In this document: one piece after another, positions 17,341 to 24,903 of the stretch
How positions within the stretch are numbered: the first letter of the stretch is position 1
Layout of the letters: every line of letters begins with the position of its first letter
Virus record (IMG/VR): IMGVR_UViG_3300035134_000016
Span: 1 to 26,986 of that record
DNA: 26,986 nt
Origin: a virus
Lineage: Duplodnaviria; Caudoviricetes
Strand: one strand, 5' to 3'
Translations under genes and position numbers: made by a program
Notes under the pieces: generated by a model
Told to the model about the DNA's origin: nothing
The model's input: the letters and a program-made list of their open reading frames with translations, nothing else
The model's database searches: none

Positions 17341-17984
17341 GTCTTTGCCCCCTTTCTGTTTTTGTGCAAATCCTCAATCATGGCCTTTACTTCACCGTCG
17401 CACCATCTGTCCCGTCCCATGTCCTCTGTCTCCAGAATCTTTGCATCTAAAAAATCTGACATTTTTGAGATATCCCAAAAACTTGACGTCTCTCTAAAAC
17501 CTAAGCACACAAGACCGTTACCCTGTTCCACTTCTGTGACTAAATGCCCTCTATACTCAGGCTCGCCACTTTCTGCAAACGCTACAACCGCCGGCTTTTC
17601 AGACGCATGACATGTTTTGTAGTGCATCGTGCCGTAATCAGTCATGTCTATTTCGTAAAGCTCACGCGGTGTCACATCGCCGCCAACCCGTCGTCTCTCT
17701 CTGTTGATGATGTCGCACTGTATCTCATACAGTTTCCACATTAAAGCATTCATTTTCACAGTGCGATCTTGCAGTCGCGGTTTTATTGTTACTTCCAGCA
17801 TACAAGGCTGTTTCCCGTCAGCAGCGCGGGCTGCGTTTGTATCAACTGTACTACGCAACCACTGACGCACTACTGGACGCCAGTCTGCGGGATACCGCAG
17901 GATTACAAGATCATCCGATCCGGTCACGTCATGATCAATGTAATCCTGGTACTCTATCGATCCCCGGAAAAACAGCTTTTTCAT
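17337..17984 (-). CDS. NinB/Orf-like recombination accessory protein
   Basis: RT.KMNALMW and TSS.....MSDFLD patterns. Start moved to ATG 17984 (ATGA overlap). Confidence 0.55.
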   Translation of the reverse strand: MKKLFFRGSIEYQDYIDHDVTGSDDLVILRYPADWRPVVRQWLRSTVDTNAARAADGKQPCMLEVTIKPRLQDRTVKMNALMWKLYEIQCDIINRERRRVGGDVTPRELYEIDMTDYGTMHYKTCHASEKPAVVAFAESGEPEYRGHLVTEVEQGNGLVCLGFRETSSFWDISKMSDFLDAKILETEDMGRDRWCDGEVKAMIEDLHKNRKGAKT

Positions 17985-18298
17985 ACAGGCCCCATGCTGT
18001 CCATAGCTTTTTGTAACATGGCAGCAGTTTGTATGGCCTCGGCAGCACAATGAACTGCATTTGTTTTTGCACTTTCTAGCAGCCGTCTTTGCTCTGCTTT
18101 GTCGTTTTTTCTTACAGCCGTCCAGTACGCGTGCATTAAAATGCTGCTAAGAAGCCGGAGCTCTTCGCCCGTTTCCTCTAATTCCTCCTTTATCACTCCG
18201 TACGCCTCATGCCCGCTGCTAAACATTGGAAACTGCTCGTTTGCTCTTTCAAGCTCCAAATGTACTAAAACTTGCACATCTACTATTAATTCTTTCAT
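17981..18298 (-). CDS. MazG-like all-alpha NTP pyrophosphohydrolase-fold protein
   Basis: F.S.HEAYGVIKEELEE and AEAIQTAAM motifs. Confidence 0.6.
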   Translation of the reverse strand: MKELIVDVQVLVHLELERANEQFPMFSSGHEAYGVIKEELEETGEELRLLSSILMHAYWTAVRKNDKAEQRRLLESAKTNAVHCAAEAIQTAAMLQKAMDSMGPV

Positions 18299-18314
18299 TA
18301 GACCACCTTAATGC

Positions 18315-18345
18315 ACCCGCCGTATTTCATGCGGGTATTTTTTTT
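18315..18345 (+). terminator. hairpin plus T8, oriented against the surrounding genes
   Basis: ACCCGC-10nt-GCGGGT followed by ATTTTTTTT on the + strand. Confidence 0.5.
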
Positions 18346-18766
18346 AGAACGGCACACCTTCGGGAAAACCGCCGGAAGTGTCTATCGCTGGTGAGCGCTG
18401 CATGTTGCAGGTCTGCGCTCCGTCTGTTTTCCCGCCAAGCAACTGTACATTGTTAGCCTTTATGACAACACGGCTGAACTTTTGCCCGTCTTTTTCCCAT
18501 CGGTCTTGCTGTAAATGTCCATCAACTGCGATCTGCTTACCCTTCAAAAGATACGGTTTGAGGCTTTCGGCTTGCTTTCCCCAGATCGTTATGTCAAAAA
18601 AGTTTACGTCATCGACCCATTGATCGTCACTTTTTTTACTTCGGTTGACAGCAATGCTTATGCTTGCCCGTGCCTGTCCACTGGGAAGATATCCGAAGGA
18701 TTTACCGTCACTTCCCACATCTCGCGTCAAACGTCCAACAATAATCACATGATTAATATCCGTCAT
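18344..18766 (-). CDS. ssb: single-stranded DNA-binding protein
   Basis: NHVIIVGRLTRD, WGKQAE, KGKQIAVDG.L..DRWEKDGQK and C-terminal VPF. Confidence 0.96.
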   Translation of the reverse strand: MTDINHVIIVGRLTRDVGSDGKSFGYLPSGQARASISIAVNRSKKSDDQWVDDVNFFDITIWGKQAESLKPYLLKGKQIAVDGHLQQDRWEKDGQKFSRVVIKANNVQLLGGKTDGAQTCNMQRSPAIDTSGGFPEGVPF

Positions 18767-19383
18767 ACTTTCTCCTTATAACTTTTCAGTTTTTCCAGTT
18801 TGTCATTAAGCTCTTTCAAAAAGAGACTCACACCGTCAATTAGCTCGTCGCATGGCAGATCAGCCCTTGTGTATCTGTAGCGACAAAAACGCAGATCTTC
18901 TGGCAGTCTCGGATCATAGCTCACAAAATCCCACCACTGCCGGTTATAGATAATGAGGTTACCCGTCATCTGGTAGATGTAATCCCGTTTTATTTTACCC
19001 GTCAATAGATTGTCTAAATGCGTGGCGGTGTTAGGGCACTTTATTTCTATGCCTCCGTCTGTTCCAATCAGGCCGTCAGGAGATCCCCAGAAGCCCGGTA
19101 TCTCTGTGCACTCTTTGCCGCCGTCCTCCGTGATCGTCGCCCCCATGCGCATTTCATATTCCATGCGCGCCAGTGGTTCTGTTTCAGTTCCCCATTGCAT
19201 AGCGGAGTTTGCGGGGATTTCCTGACGCTGACCTGTCAACCGTTCGCAGATTAGTTCCGACATGTAGTTACGGCGTGTCGCTGACTCTTTTGAGCCGCGA
19301 CCACTAGCCATCACACAGCCTAGTCGCGAACATGTCACTTTACCGAGCCGGGCAGCAAACCACTCTTTACTTCGCTGCTCCAT
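18763..19383 (-). CDS. YqaJ/lambda-type exonuclease
   Basis: QRSKEWFAARLG.VT.S, WGTETEPLAR, SPDGL, IEIKCP and Y.YQ motifs. Confidence 0.93.
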   Translation of the reverse strand: MEQRSKEWFAARLGKVTCSRLGCVMASGRGSKESATRRNYMSELICERLTGQRQEIPANSAMQWGTETEPLARMEYEMRMGATITEDGGKECTEIPGFWGSPDGLIGTDGGIEIKCPNTATHLDNLLTGKIKRDYIYQMTGNLIIYNRQWWDFVSYDPRLPEDLRFCRYRYTRADLPCDELIDGVSLFLKELNDKLEKLKSYKEKV

Positions 19384-20017
19384 TCAGCGCCTCCTTGTAT
19401 TCAACGCCTGTCTTATCAGTGTACGCTTTTTTTACCGCAGCGAGTGCCCCGCATGGATCCTTCCCTGCAAAACGCCATATATTGTCTCTTTCCTCCTTTG
19501 TAAAGACCGTTTCCCCCGTCTCTATAGTCGTTTTAAGTATCCGGCCGACAGTCATAAGTACCGCCTTTGGATCAGTCACTTCATCCTGATATTCTTTGCC
19601 ATTCCAGAGACCTTCGTAAATAGACGACGCAACCCCTAGCATTTTCAGGGCGACACTAAGGGCGTCGGTTATCGCCATCTTGTAGCCTTCGTCAGATGAT
19701 TGTAACCTTTCTCTTTCTAAAGCAACCATTTTTGAGCCGCCAACACCTTGTATAGGTTCGCTCCATTCGTCCCCCTGTTTTGTCAAAACAGAAACCTGCG
19801 CAAAGGCAAGCACTTCACCGCCAGCGCCTTGCTCAGTCCACAGTCTATCAATTGTGAACTTCCACCCCCTGCCAATCAGTCCAAAGGTTTCAGTCATAAC
19901 TTTGTACCGCCACTGCGGGTTGATGTCGGTTTTACCCGACAACCTCCCGCCCGTTATTGCCCTCAGCGCACTTTTTGGCGGCTTTGACATTGACTCATAA
20001 ATCTCAATATCTTCCAT
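19367..20017 (-). CDS. Rad52/Sak-like single-strand annealing protein
   Basis: TDINPQWR...MTETFG..G.GW and DEGYKMAITDAL..A...LGVAS.IY motifs; adjacent to exonuclease and SSB. Confidence 0.8.
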   Translation of the reverse strand: MEDIEIYESMSKPPKSALRAITGGRLSGKTDINPQWRYKVMTETFGLIGRGWKFTIDRLWTEQGAGGEVLAFAQVSVLTKQGDEWSEPIQGVGGSKMVALERERLQSSDEGYKMAITDALSVALKMLGVASSIYEGLWNGKEYQDEVTDPKAVLMTVGRILKTTIETGETVFTKEERDNIWRFAGKDPCGALAAVKKAYTDKTGVEYKEALNGAAK

Positions 20018-20096
20018 ACAACCTCCGTGTACTAAAAATTGGCCGCATTGGCACCAAATCAGCTCCGTGCGGCACTATATCCGGTTTCCCGGTAAA

Positions 20097-20375
20097 TTAC
20101 TCAACTGTAGCGCTAGACGGCTCTTGTAGCTGCATAGCTATAGACAGGGCTTTCTTGTAATCAAAAACTGCACCAGCATCAACTAAGTAGTCCATAGTGA
20201 CACTCATATCCTGGCGACTAACAGGCATACATGCACCCTCGCTCTCTTTTGCTGACTCGTAAGCCCATTGACCGGCGATTTCCTCCGCTTCGTAAGCAGT
20301 GCCCCCGTTATTGATGCTATCAACCACATCTTCCAGTGTCGTCATTCCATCAAGATTAATTTTTTCCTTGTACAT
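20097..20375 (-). CDS. small acidic early protein (92 aa)
   Basis: ATG 20375 (MYKEKINLDG) after AAGGAG; first gene after the leftward promoter. Confidence 0.8.
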   Translation of the reverse strand: MYKEKINLDGMTTLEDVVDSINNGGTAYEAEEIAGQWAYESAKESEGACMPVSRQDMSVTMDYLVDAGAVFDYKKALSIAMQLQEPSSATVE

Positions 20376-20404
20376 TTGTCGCTCCTTTGCGGGCTGTTCC
20401 CGCT

Positions 20405-20449
20405 CTCTTTGATCTAGTAGTAGTATAGCAGATAATAAATAAAAGTCAA
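20405..20449 (-). promoter_or_regulatory. leftward early promoter plus conserved downstream element
   Basis: TTGACT-16nt-TATACT (TG extended) followed by ACTACTAGATCAAAGAG. Confidence 0.85.
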
Positions 20450-20612
20450 GTATAAAAACAAAAAAAATAAATAAAAGACGAGAATAAAACGCAATCACAC
20501 GCAATGCAAAAATAAAATAATAACAGGGTGAATACACGTGTATAATAGATAAAACTTGCACAAACGCAGGGTAATTTATCAAAAAAAAATAAATAAAAAT
20601 AGATAAAATAGC

Positions 20613-20657
20613 TTGACATAAATTAATTATCTGCTATACTACTTATAGATCAAAGAG
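20613..20657 (+). promoter_or_regulatory. rightward early promoter plus conserved downstream element
   Basis: TTGACA-16nt-TATACT (TG extended) followed by ACTTATAGATCAAAGAG. Confidence 0.88.
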
Positions 20658-20669
20658 CGGAGGTATGAC

Positions 20670-20987
20670 ATGAAATCGAACGGGATTATAGAAATAGAAC
20701 AGGGCTATATTGATTGGGATGTCTATGCAGACGAAGAGCTTGACGATGAAGGTTACGAAGTGGAAGGGGAAGAATACATCAAAATAGATAATCTGTTCGT
20801 CAAACCCGAATACAGGGGACAGGGCTTTGCACGTAAACTGCTGACGCAGGCTATCGAAATGATTCAGAAGCAGGCTCCGGGTCTGGAGGTAAAAATCGTC
20901 CCTGAACCCAAGGACGACCAGACAACCTTTACAAGGCTGGCTGCGTTCTATGAAAGTTTTGCAGAACTCACTGTAATAGCAGTGTAA
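20670..20987 (+). CDS. GNAT-family acetyltransferase
   Basis: IDNLFVKPEYRGQGFARKLL (motif A) and RLAAFYESF; RBS GGAGG. Confidence 0.88.
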   Translation: MKSNGIIEIEQGYIDWDVYADEELDDEGYEVEGEEYIKIDNLFVKPEYRGQGFARKLLTQAIEMIQKQAPGLEVKIVPEPKDDQTTFTRLAAFYESFAELTVIAV

Positions 20988-20999
20988 CAGGGGGCAGAT

Positions 21000-21131
21000 A
21001 TGAAGACTTTTAAGGAAAATATTGCTGGTGCGCAACAGAGCGCCATTATAGTAAGGGAGCTTAACGCTTTTATAAGATCGGAGATCAAAAGAATCGAAAC
21101 GAGTAAGGGGGCGAATCATGACAGTAAATGA
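21000..21131 (+). CDS. 43-aa hypothetical protein
   Basis: MKTFKENIAGAQQSAIIVRELNAFIRSEIKRIETSKGANHDSK*, RBS GGGGG, fills the operon gap. Confidence 0.6.
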   Translation: MKTFKENIAGAQQSAIIVRELNAFIRSEIKRIETSKGANHDSK

Positions 21132-21480
21132 AGCATACGAAAGAGAAAGAAAATTGATGATCGGCGCGCTGCCTGCCAGCTTGACAGGGCTTGTAGTCGA
21201 GGGCTCTAGCTTGATGAAAAAGATAGAGTCGATGTGCATGACAATGGCGCTTGAATCCGTGGCTGTCTCGGAACTATCGTCACGGTACAATGAAAATAAA
21301 ACGGCATTACATGACATCGCTACGGATATGTGCATCAGCACTGGCGTGTCGTATCGGTCAGCGTTAGAGACAATAGATAATCGGCTGGCAGCTGGCGAAT
21401 CGCTTAGCTATCTGAGTGGACTGTACAGCGTCGGACGGCTCACGTATAGAGGGTTGTTACACCCAAAAGGGGGCGAATGA
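21118..21480 (+). CDS. hypothetical protein
   Basis: RBS AAGGGGG; coupled in the operon. Confidence 0.75.
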   Translation: MTVNEAYERERKLMIGALPASLTGLVVEGSSLMKKIESMCMTMALESVAVSELSSRYNENKTALHDIATDMCISTGVSYRSALETIDNRLAAGESLSYLSGLYSVGRLTYRGLLHPKGGE

Positions 21481-21770
21481 TGATGATGACGGACAAAATC
21501 GAAGCAAGGGCGCGGGAACTGATCGAGCACGTAGAACAGCGCGCCATGCTGCATGATCCGGTAGTTATACAACACCGGGTAGAGATCCATACGATGGTAT
21601 GGGAGTACTCAAAAACTGTCAGTTTTTTCATGGCTTCATGGTTTGCCAGAGCTTTGTCACAAAAGCTGACTCATACCCAGGAAGAAGCAAACAAAATGTA
21701 TAGACGTCTTTTGAACACACTGGAAAACGGTCCAGCGGCATCAATAGCAGAAATTAATGAGAGGTATTGA
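21477..21770 (+). CDS. hypothetical protein
   Basis: ATGA overlap; RBS GGGGG. Confidence 0.75.
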   Translation: MMMMTDKIEARARELIEHVEQRAMLHDPVVIQHRVEIHTMVWEYSKTVSFFMASWFARALSQKLTHTQEEANKMYRRLLNTLENGPAASIAEINERY

Positions 21771-21771
21771 A

Positions 21772-21960
21772 ATGACAAAGCACAGTGCCCAGTGGTGGGC
21801 GAACGCTCTCGATACAACTGTCGAGAAAATAGATCTTACGGACGGGGTGTGCGTCGTTATTGACGGCAACCCTTGCTGGGAAGTCACGGGTCTTGTAAGC
21901 GATGTGGACACGATGGAAAAAGTGGTTCGTTCACAAATGATTGGAGGGAAAAATGCTTAG
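21772..21960 (+). CDS. hypothetical protein (one copy of a ~60-aa repeat domain)
   Basis: ATG 21772 after GAGGT; MTKHSAQWWAN. Confidence 0.7.
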   Translation: MTKHSAQWWANALDTTVEKIDLTDGVCVVIDGNPCWEVTGLVSDVDTMEKVVRSQMIGGKNA

Positions 21961-22306
21961 GACAGCACAGGAATGGTCTGACTATACAGGGCGTGACGTT
22001 GTGTGCGAAATAATTGGAAAGCATGTCTATTTCAATCTTATTGACTCTTCAAGGCGTTGTGAAGTAGCAGAGATAACTGAGCTTATGGCCCCATTAGACA
22101 TAGAAGTTGCAGACGGGCAGACTGTCGCAGAAAGCAGGGCGATCATATACAAATCACGTAGGCCGATAGAAGAGTGGGTACGCTGGTTGGAGCTGCCGGT
22201 TACGACTGAGCTGGAGAGCGACGGAGAGATACAGTATTATGTATACAGTGAAAACACACAGACCTGTATTACAAGCCTTGTAACGGAGGATGAAGATGAT
22301 AGTTAA
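21953..22306 (+). CDS. hypothetical protein (two copies of the same ~60-aa domain)
   Basis: ATG 21953 after GGAGG; MLRTAQEWSDY. Confidence 0.75.
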   Translation: MLRTAQEWSDYTGRDVVCEIIGKHVYFNLIDSSRRCEVAEITELMAPLDIEVADGQTVAESRAIIYKSRRPIEEWVRWLELPVTTELESDGEIQYYVYSENTQTCITSLVTEDEDDS

Positions 22307-22415
22307 ATGTGTTTTTATCATCATCGTGGGTGTCATTTTGAGCGCTATTGTCTTTGTTGGCCTGGGTATAATCATCAGCACACTTCTGGACAACGACAAA
22401 GAGGAAACAGAATGA
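22296..22415 (+). CDS. 39-aa single-TM peptide
   Basis: MIVKCVFIIIVGVILSAIVFVGLGIIISTLLDNDKEETE*, RBS GGAGG. Confidence 0.7.
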   Translation: MIVKCVFIIIVGVILSAIVFVGLGIIISTLLDNDKEETE

Positions 22416-22603
22416 GAATGAAAACAGATTTCGATATCTTGTTCGGTGCGATGGATCCGACAACCGACCACTCGCCGGACAGACCGCGCACGTGCTGGCA
22501 GTGCATTCATCGGTATCACTGTAAAAAGCTGTGTTACCGGTCATACCGCAAGAGTTTTTTGCAGCTTATGGAGTCGCGCGGTATTGCGTTGCATCACGGG
22601 TGA
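22412..22603 (+). CDS. small Cys-rich hypothetical protein
   Basis: ATGA overlap at 22412; CWQC..RYHC...C. Confidence 0.6.
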   Translation: MRMKTDFDILFGAMDPTTDHSPDRPRTCWQCIHRYHCKKLCYRSYRKSFLQLMESRGIALHHG

Positions 22604-22612
22604 TGCTATAAT
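22584..22612 (+). promoter_or_regulatory. promoter of the replication operon with palindromic spacer
   Basis: TTGCGT-17nt-TATAAT with extended TG; spacer contains GCATCAC-GG-GTGATGC. Confidence 0.6.
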
Positions 22613-22616
22613 ATGG

Positions 22617-22713
22617 CTACAGGACAGATACGGGAGTTGAGCGACGCCCCGCATCTGCCTTGTAGGTGGATTCGCCCTTGTATGTAGTCGCTCACATACA
22701 GGGGCTTTTTTTT
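22617..22713 (+). ncRNA. two-hairpin kissing-loop leader RNA ending in a terminator
   Basis: Hairpin 1 spans 22617-22665 and hairpin 2 spans 22674-22705 followed by T8. Segments TGAGCGAC and GTCGCTCA in the two loop regions are exact complements. Confidence 0.7.
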
Positions 22714-22725
22714 GTCGAGGTGAAA

Positions 22726-23448
22726 ATGATAAAAGATGATAGTTATTTTGTTGTGCAGGGCTGGATGATTAACCGGTTAGGGCTTAAGGGTAATGCTCTC
22801 AATGTTTTTGCAATAATCTACGGGTTTTCCCAGGATGGACAAAGCGAGTTTGACGGATCGGCTTCCTACCTCGCTGCGTTTTGCGGGATATCAAGGGTAT
22901 CTGTATTAAAAATCCTTGCTGATCTAACAGAAAAAGGGGTCATTACAAAGACGGAACATTATCACGGTAAGATCAAGTTTTGCAGCTATACAGCATGTAA
23001 AAAAAATGACACTCCGGTAAAGAAACTTGACACTACCGGTAAAGAAAGTTTACTGGGTGGTAAAGAAAGTTTACCGCAAAGTGGTAAAGAAACTTTACAT
23101 AATAACATACTAAATAAACTAGATTATAATACTACTAATAATAATATACCGAAAAAACAAAAACCGGTGAAACATCGGTACGGTGAGTACCATCATGTAC
23201 TGCTCTCAGATGAGCAATACAATAAGCTACTCGACGAATGGGGGAAGGCGGAACTTGAACGATGGATAAAAAAACTTGATGAAAAAATTGAAGAGAAAGG
23301 GTACAAATACAAAAACTTTTATATTACTCTAAAAAACTGGAAATCGCGAAACTATGACAGCAGGTACACCCAGTATGGAGGGGTCAGAGATAATTCAAAC
23401 GGGTATCAGCTCCCAGACCTGAGCGACATACCCGCAGAAATGATGTAA
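22726..23448 (+). CDS. phage replication initiator (N-terminal winged HTH, lambda O/DnaD-like layout)
   Basis: VQGWMINRLGLKGN.L.VFAIIYGFSQDG...GS..YLA, internal iterons, upstream of a DnaC-like loader. ATG 22726 after GAGGTG. Confidence 0.88.
   Translation: MIKDDSYFVVQGWMINRLGLKGNALNVFAIIYGFSQDGQSEFDGSASYLAAFCGISRVSVLKILADLTEKGVITKTEHYHGKIKFCSYTACKKNDTPVKKLDTTGKESLLGGKESLPQSGKETLHNNILNKLDYNTTNNNIPKKQKPVKHRYGEYHHVLLSDEQYNKLLDEWGKAELERWIKKLDEKIEEKGYKYKNFYITLKNWKSRNYDSRYTQYGGVRDNSNGYQLPDLSDIPAEMM
23016..23150. repeat. replication origin: four iterons plus AT-rich tract
   Basis: GGTAAAGAAA(C/G)TT(T/G)AC at 23016, 23038, 23059 and 23083, then AT-rich 23099-23150. Confidence 0.85.
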
Positions 23449-23463
23449 ACGGAGGTAGAAGGA

Positions 23464-23631
23464 ATGACAAATCAGCAACACTATGCGAATGAGATTGACA
23501 AATTGTCAAAGGCGGCACAAAGGGCAAAAGACCCGGAAGTGTCGGCCATGTGGAAGCAGAAGGCAGATGAACTCATGTATCATGCATCGCAGCTCACGGC
23601 GGAACAGCTGAGGGAGGAATATAAAGCATGA
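23464..23631 (+). CDS. 55-aa helical hypothetical protein
   Basis: MTNQQHYANEIDKLSKAAQRAKDPEVSAMWKQKADELMYHASQLTAEQLREEYKA*, RBS GGAGG, ATGA overlap with the next gene. Confidence 0.75.
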   Translation: MTNQQHYANEIDKLSKAAQRAKDPEVSAMWKQKADELMYHASQLTAEQLREEYKA

Positions 23632-24362
23632 TAAAAGTCTGCCCAAAATGCGGAAAAGAATATGAAGCCGGCCCGGCGCCTTTCCCGATGCCCGTATGCC
23701 CTGATTGTGCGCTAGAGTGGGACGAGGAAATTGACGCGAAACTGGCGGAAATGAAACCGCCGCCAAGTAAAAACGATGACTGGTACGAGCAGCTTGGGAT
23801 CAGACCGCGCCATTATCACTGCACATTAGATAACTACACGCCGCGCGACAGCATCGAAAGACGGGCGCTTACTGTGTGTAAAAAGATGGCGGAAGCGAGA
23901 CGGGGAATACTTGTGCTGATCGGCAACAACGGAACAGGTAAGACGCATCTAGCGGCTGCAACTGCGAAAGCAATAGGAGCGGGTAAGATTTACAAGATGC
24001 TGGAGTTTGGCACGTTTATACGTGAAGCGTATCAGACAAACAGCAGGGCAAGCGAACAGGGACAGCTTGACAAACTTATTGCGATGCCTTTTTTTGCCCT
24101 GGACGAGCTAGAGAAATCGAAATACACGCCTAGTGAAATGAATTGGCTGTCGTACGTAATCGATGAACGAAACGAGCGATACAAACCAACAATGTTGCTA
24201 GGCAATCTACACCCGAAAGCGATACATACAGACGGAAAAATGTGTGAAAAATGCTTCGAGTCAGTCATGACGGCAGACATACTTGATCGTATCACGGAAG
24301 TTGGCGTTATATGTCATCTAACTGGTAAAAGCAATCGCGCTGATTTACGCGGCAAAAATTAA
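23628..24362 (+). CDS. DnaC/IstB-like AAA+ helicase loader
   Basis: CPKC/CPDC Zn motif, Walker A GNNGTGKT, Walker B FALDE, IDERN and LDRI. Confidence 0.92.
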   Translation: MIKVCPKCGKEYEAGPAPFPMPVCPDCALEWDEEIDAKLAEMKPPPSKNDDWYEQLGIRPRHYHCTLDNYTPRDSIERRALTVCKKMAEARRGILVLIGNNGTGKTHLAAATAKAIGAGKIYKMLEFGTFIREAYQTNSRASEQGQLDKLIAMPFFALDELEKSKYTPSEMNWLSYVIDERNERYKPTMLLGNLHPKAIHTDGKMCEKCFESVMTADILDRITEVGVICHLTGKSNRADLRGKN

Positions 24363-24369
24363 TAAATAC

Positions 24370-24397
24370 TTGACAAAATAAATTAAAATGATATAAT
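24370..24397 (+). promoter_or_regulatory. consensus sigma70-type promoter
   Basis: TTGACA-16nt-TATAAT with extended TG. Confidence 0.85.
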
Positions 24398-24424
24398 GTA
24401 ATAAATAAAAGAGAAGGGGGAGGC

Positions 24425-24640
24425 ATGCCGAGAAAAAGGCTAGATGTAGAAGTAGGCGACTCTGAAGTGATCAGGGTCGCAGGACGTCTGACGGGGGCCG
24501 AGTATAAAGTGCTTGTTAAGTACCTACGGTCCAAAAAAGACGCGAGAACAGGGAAGCCGGTTAAAATGGATCGGTTTGTAGCAGGTATCCTGCGCGCGAA
24601 AATAAAAAGCATACGCGCGGGGAAAGAAGTAAAGTTTTGA
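24425..24640 (+). CDS. small basic protein, possible DNA-binding regulator
   Basis: RBS GGAGG, Lys/Arg-rich, strand-helix-helix-like pattern; first gene after the promoter. Confidence 0.65.
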   Translation: MPRKRLDVEVGDSEVIRVAGRLTGAEYKVLVKYLRSKKDARTGKPVKMDRFVAGILRAKIKSIRAGKEVKF

Positions 24641-24651
24641 GGGGGTATAGC

Positions 24652-24903
24652 GTGGAGACATCGCTTGAAATTACGGACAAGTTTCAGATTACAGGAACAG
24701 TTGGGAAGGTCGAATCGATGGAAACAAAAGGGGGCGGCTGGCAATTTAAAGTCGTTTGTAACGACGCGCAAGTGATAAATAAGCTTGCTATTGCACGCGG
24801 GCGTGTGTGCGTGTTTGATGTCGGTGTATCTGTCAATGGCAATTCCAGCGCCGACAATATGGACACCCAGGAAGAACTTGAGTTTGATGGATCGGTTGGA
24901 TGA
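24652..24903 (+). CDS. hypothetical protein
   Basis: GTG 24652 after GAGGGGG; acidic C-terminus; ATGA overlap with the next gene. Confidence 0.65.
   Translation: METSLEITDKFQITGTVGKVESMETKGGGWQFKVVCNDAQVINKLAIARGRVCVFDVGVSVNGNSSADNMDTQEELEFDGSVG

Noticed and set aside
20376-20582. N-terminal extension of the 161-aa ORF
   Set aside because: Runs through the AT-rich promoter region; the real start is ATG 20375 with AAGGAG.
20450-20612. Hairpin-telomere (protelomerase) site or IS ends
   Set aside because: The spacer is not symmetric apart from a 12-bp palindrome, and no telomere resolvase or transposase is in the window.
20643-21341. 232-aa minus-strand ORF
   Set aside because: Antisense to the GNAT gene and its RBS-supported neighbours; no motifs.
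22307-22411. 5' part of the 98-aa ORF
   Set aside because: Overlaps the RBS-supported TM peptide at 22296-22415; start reassigned to 22412.
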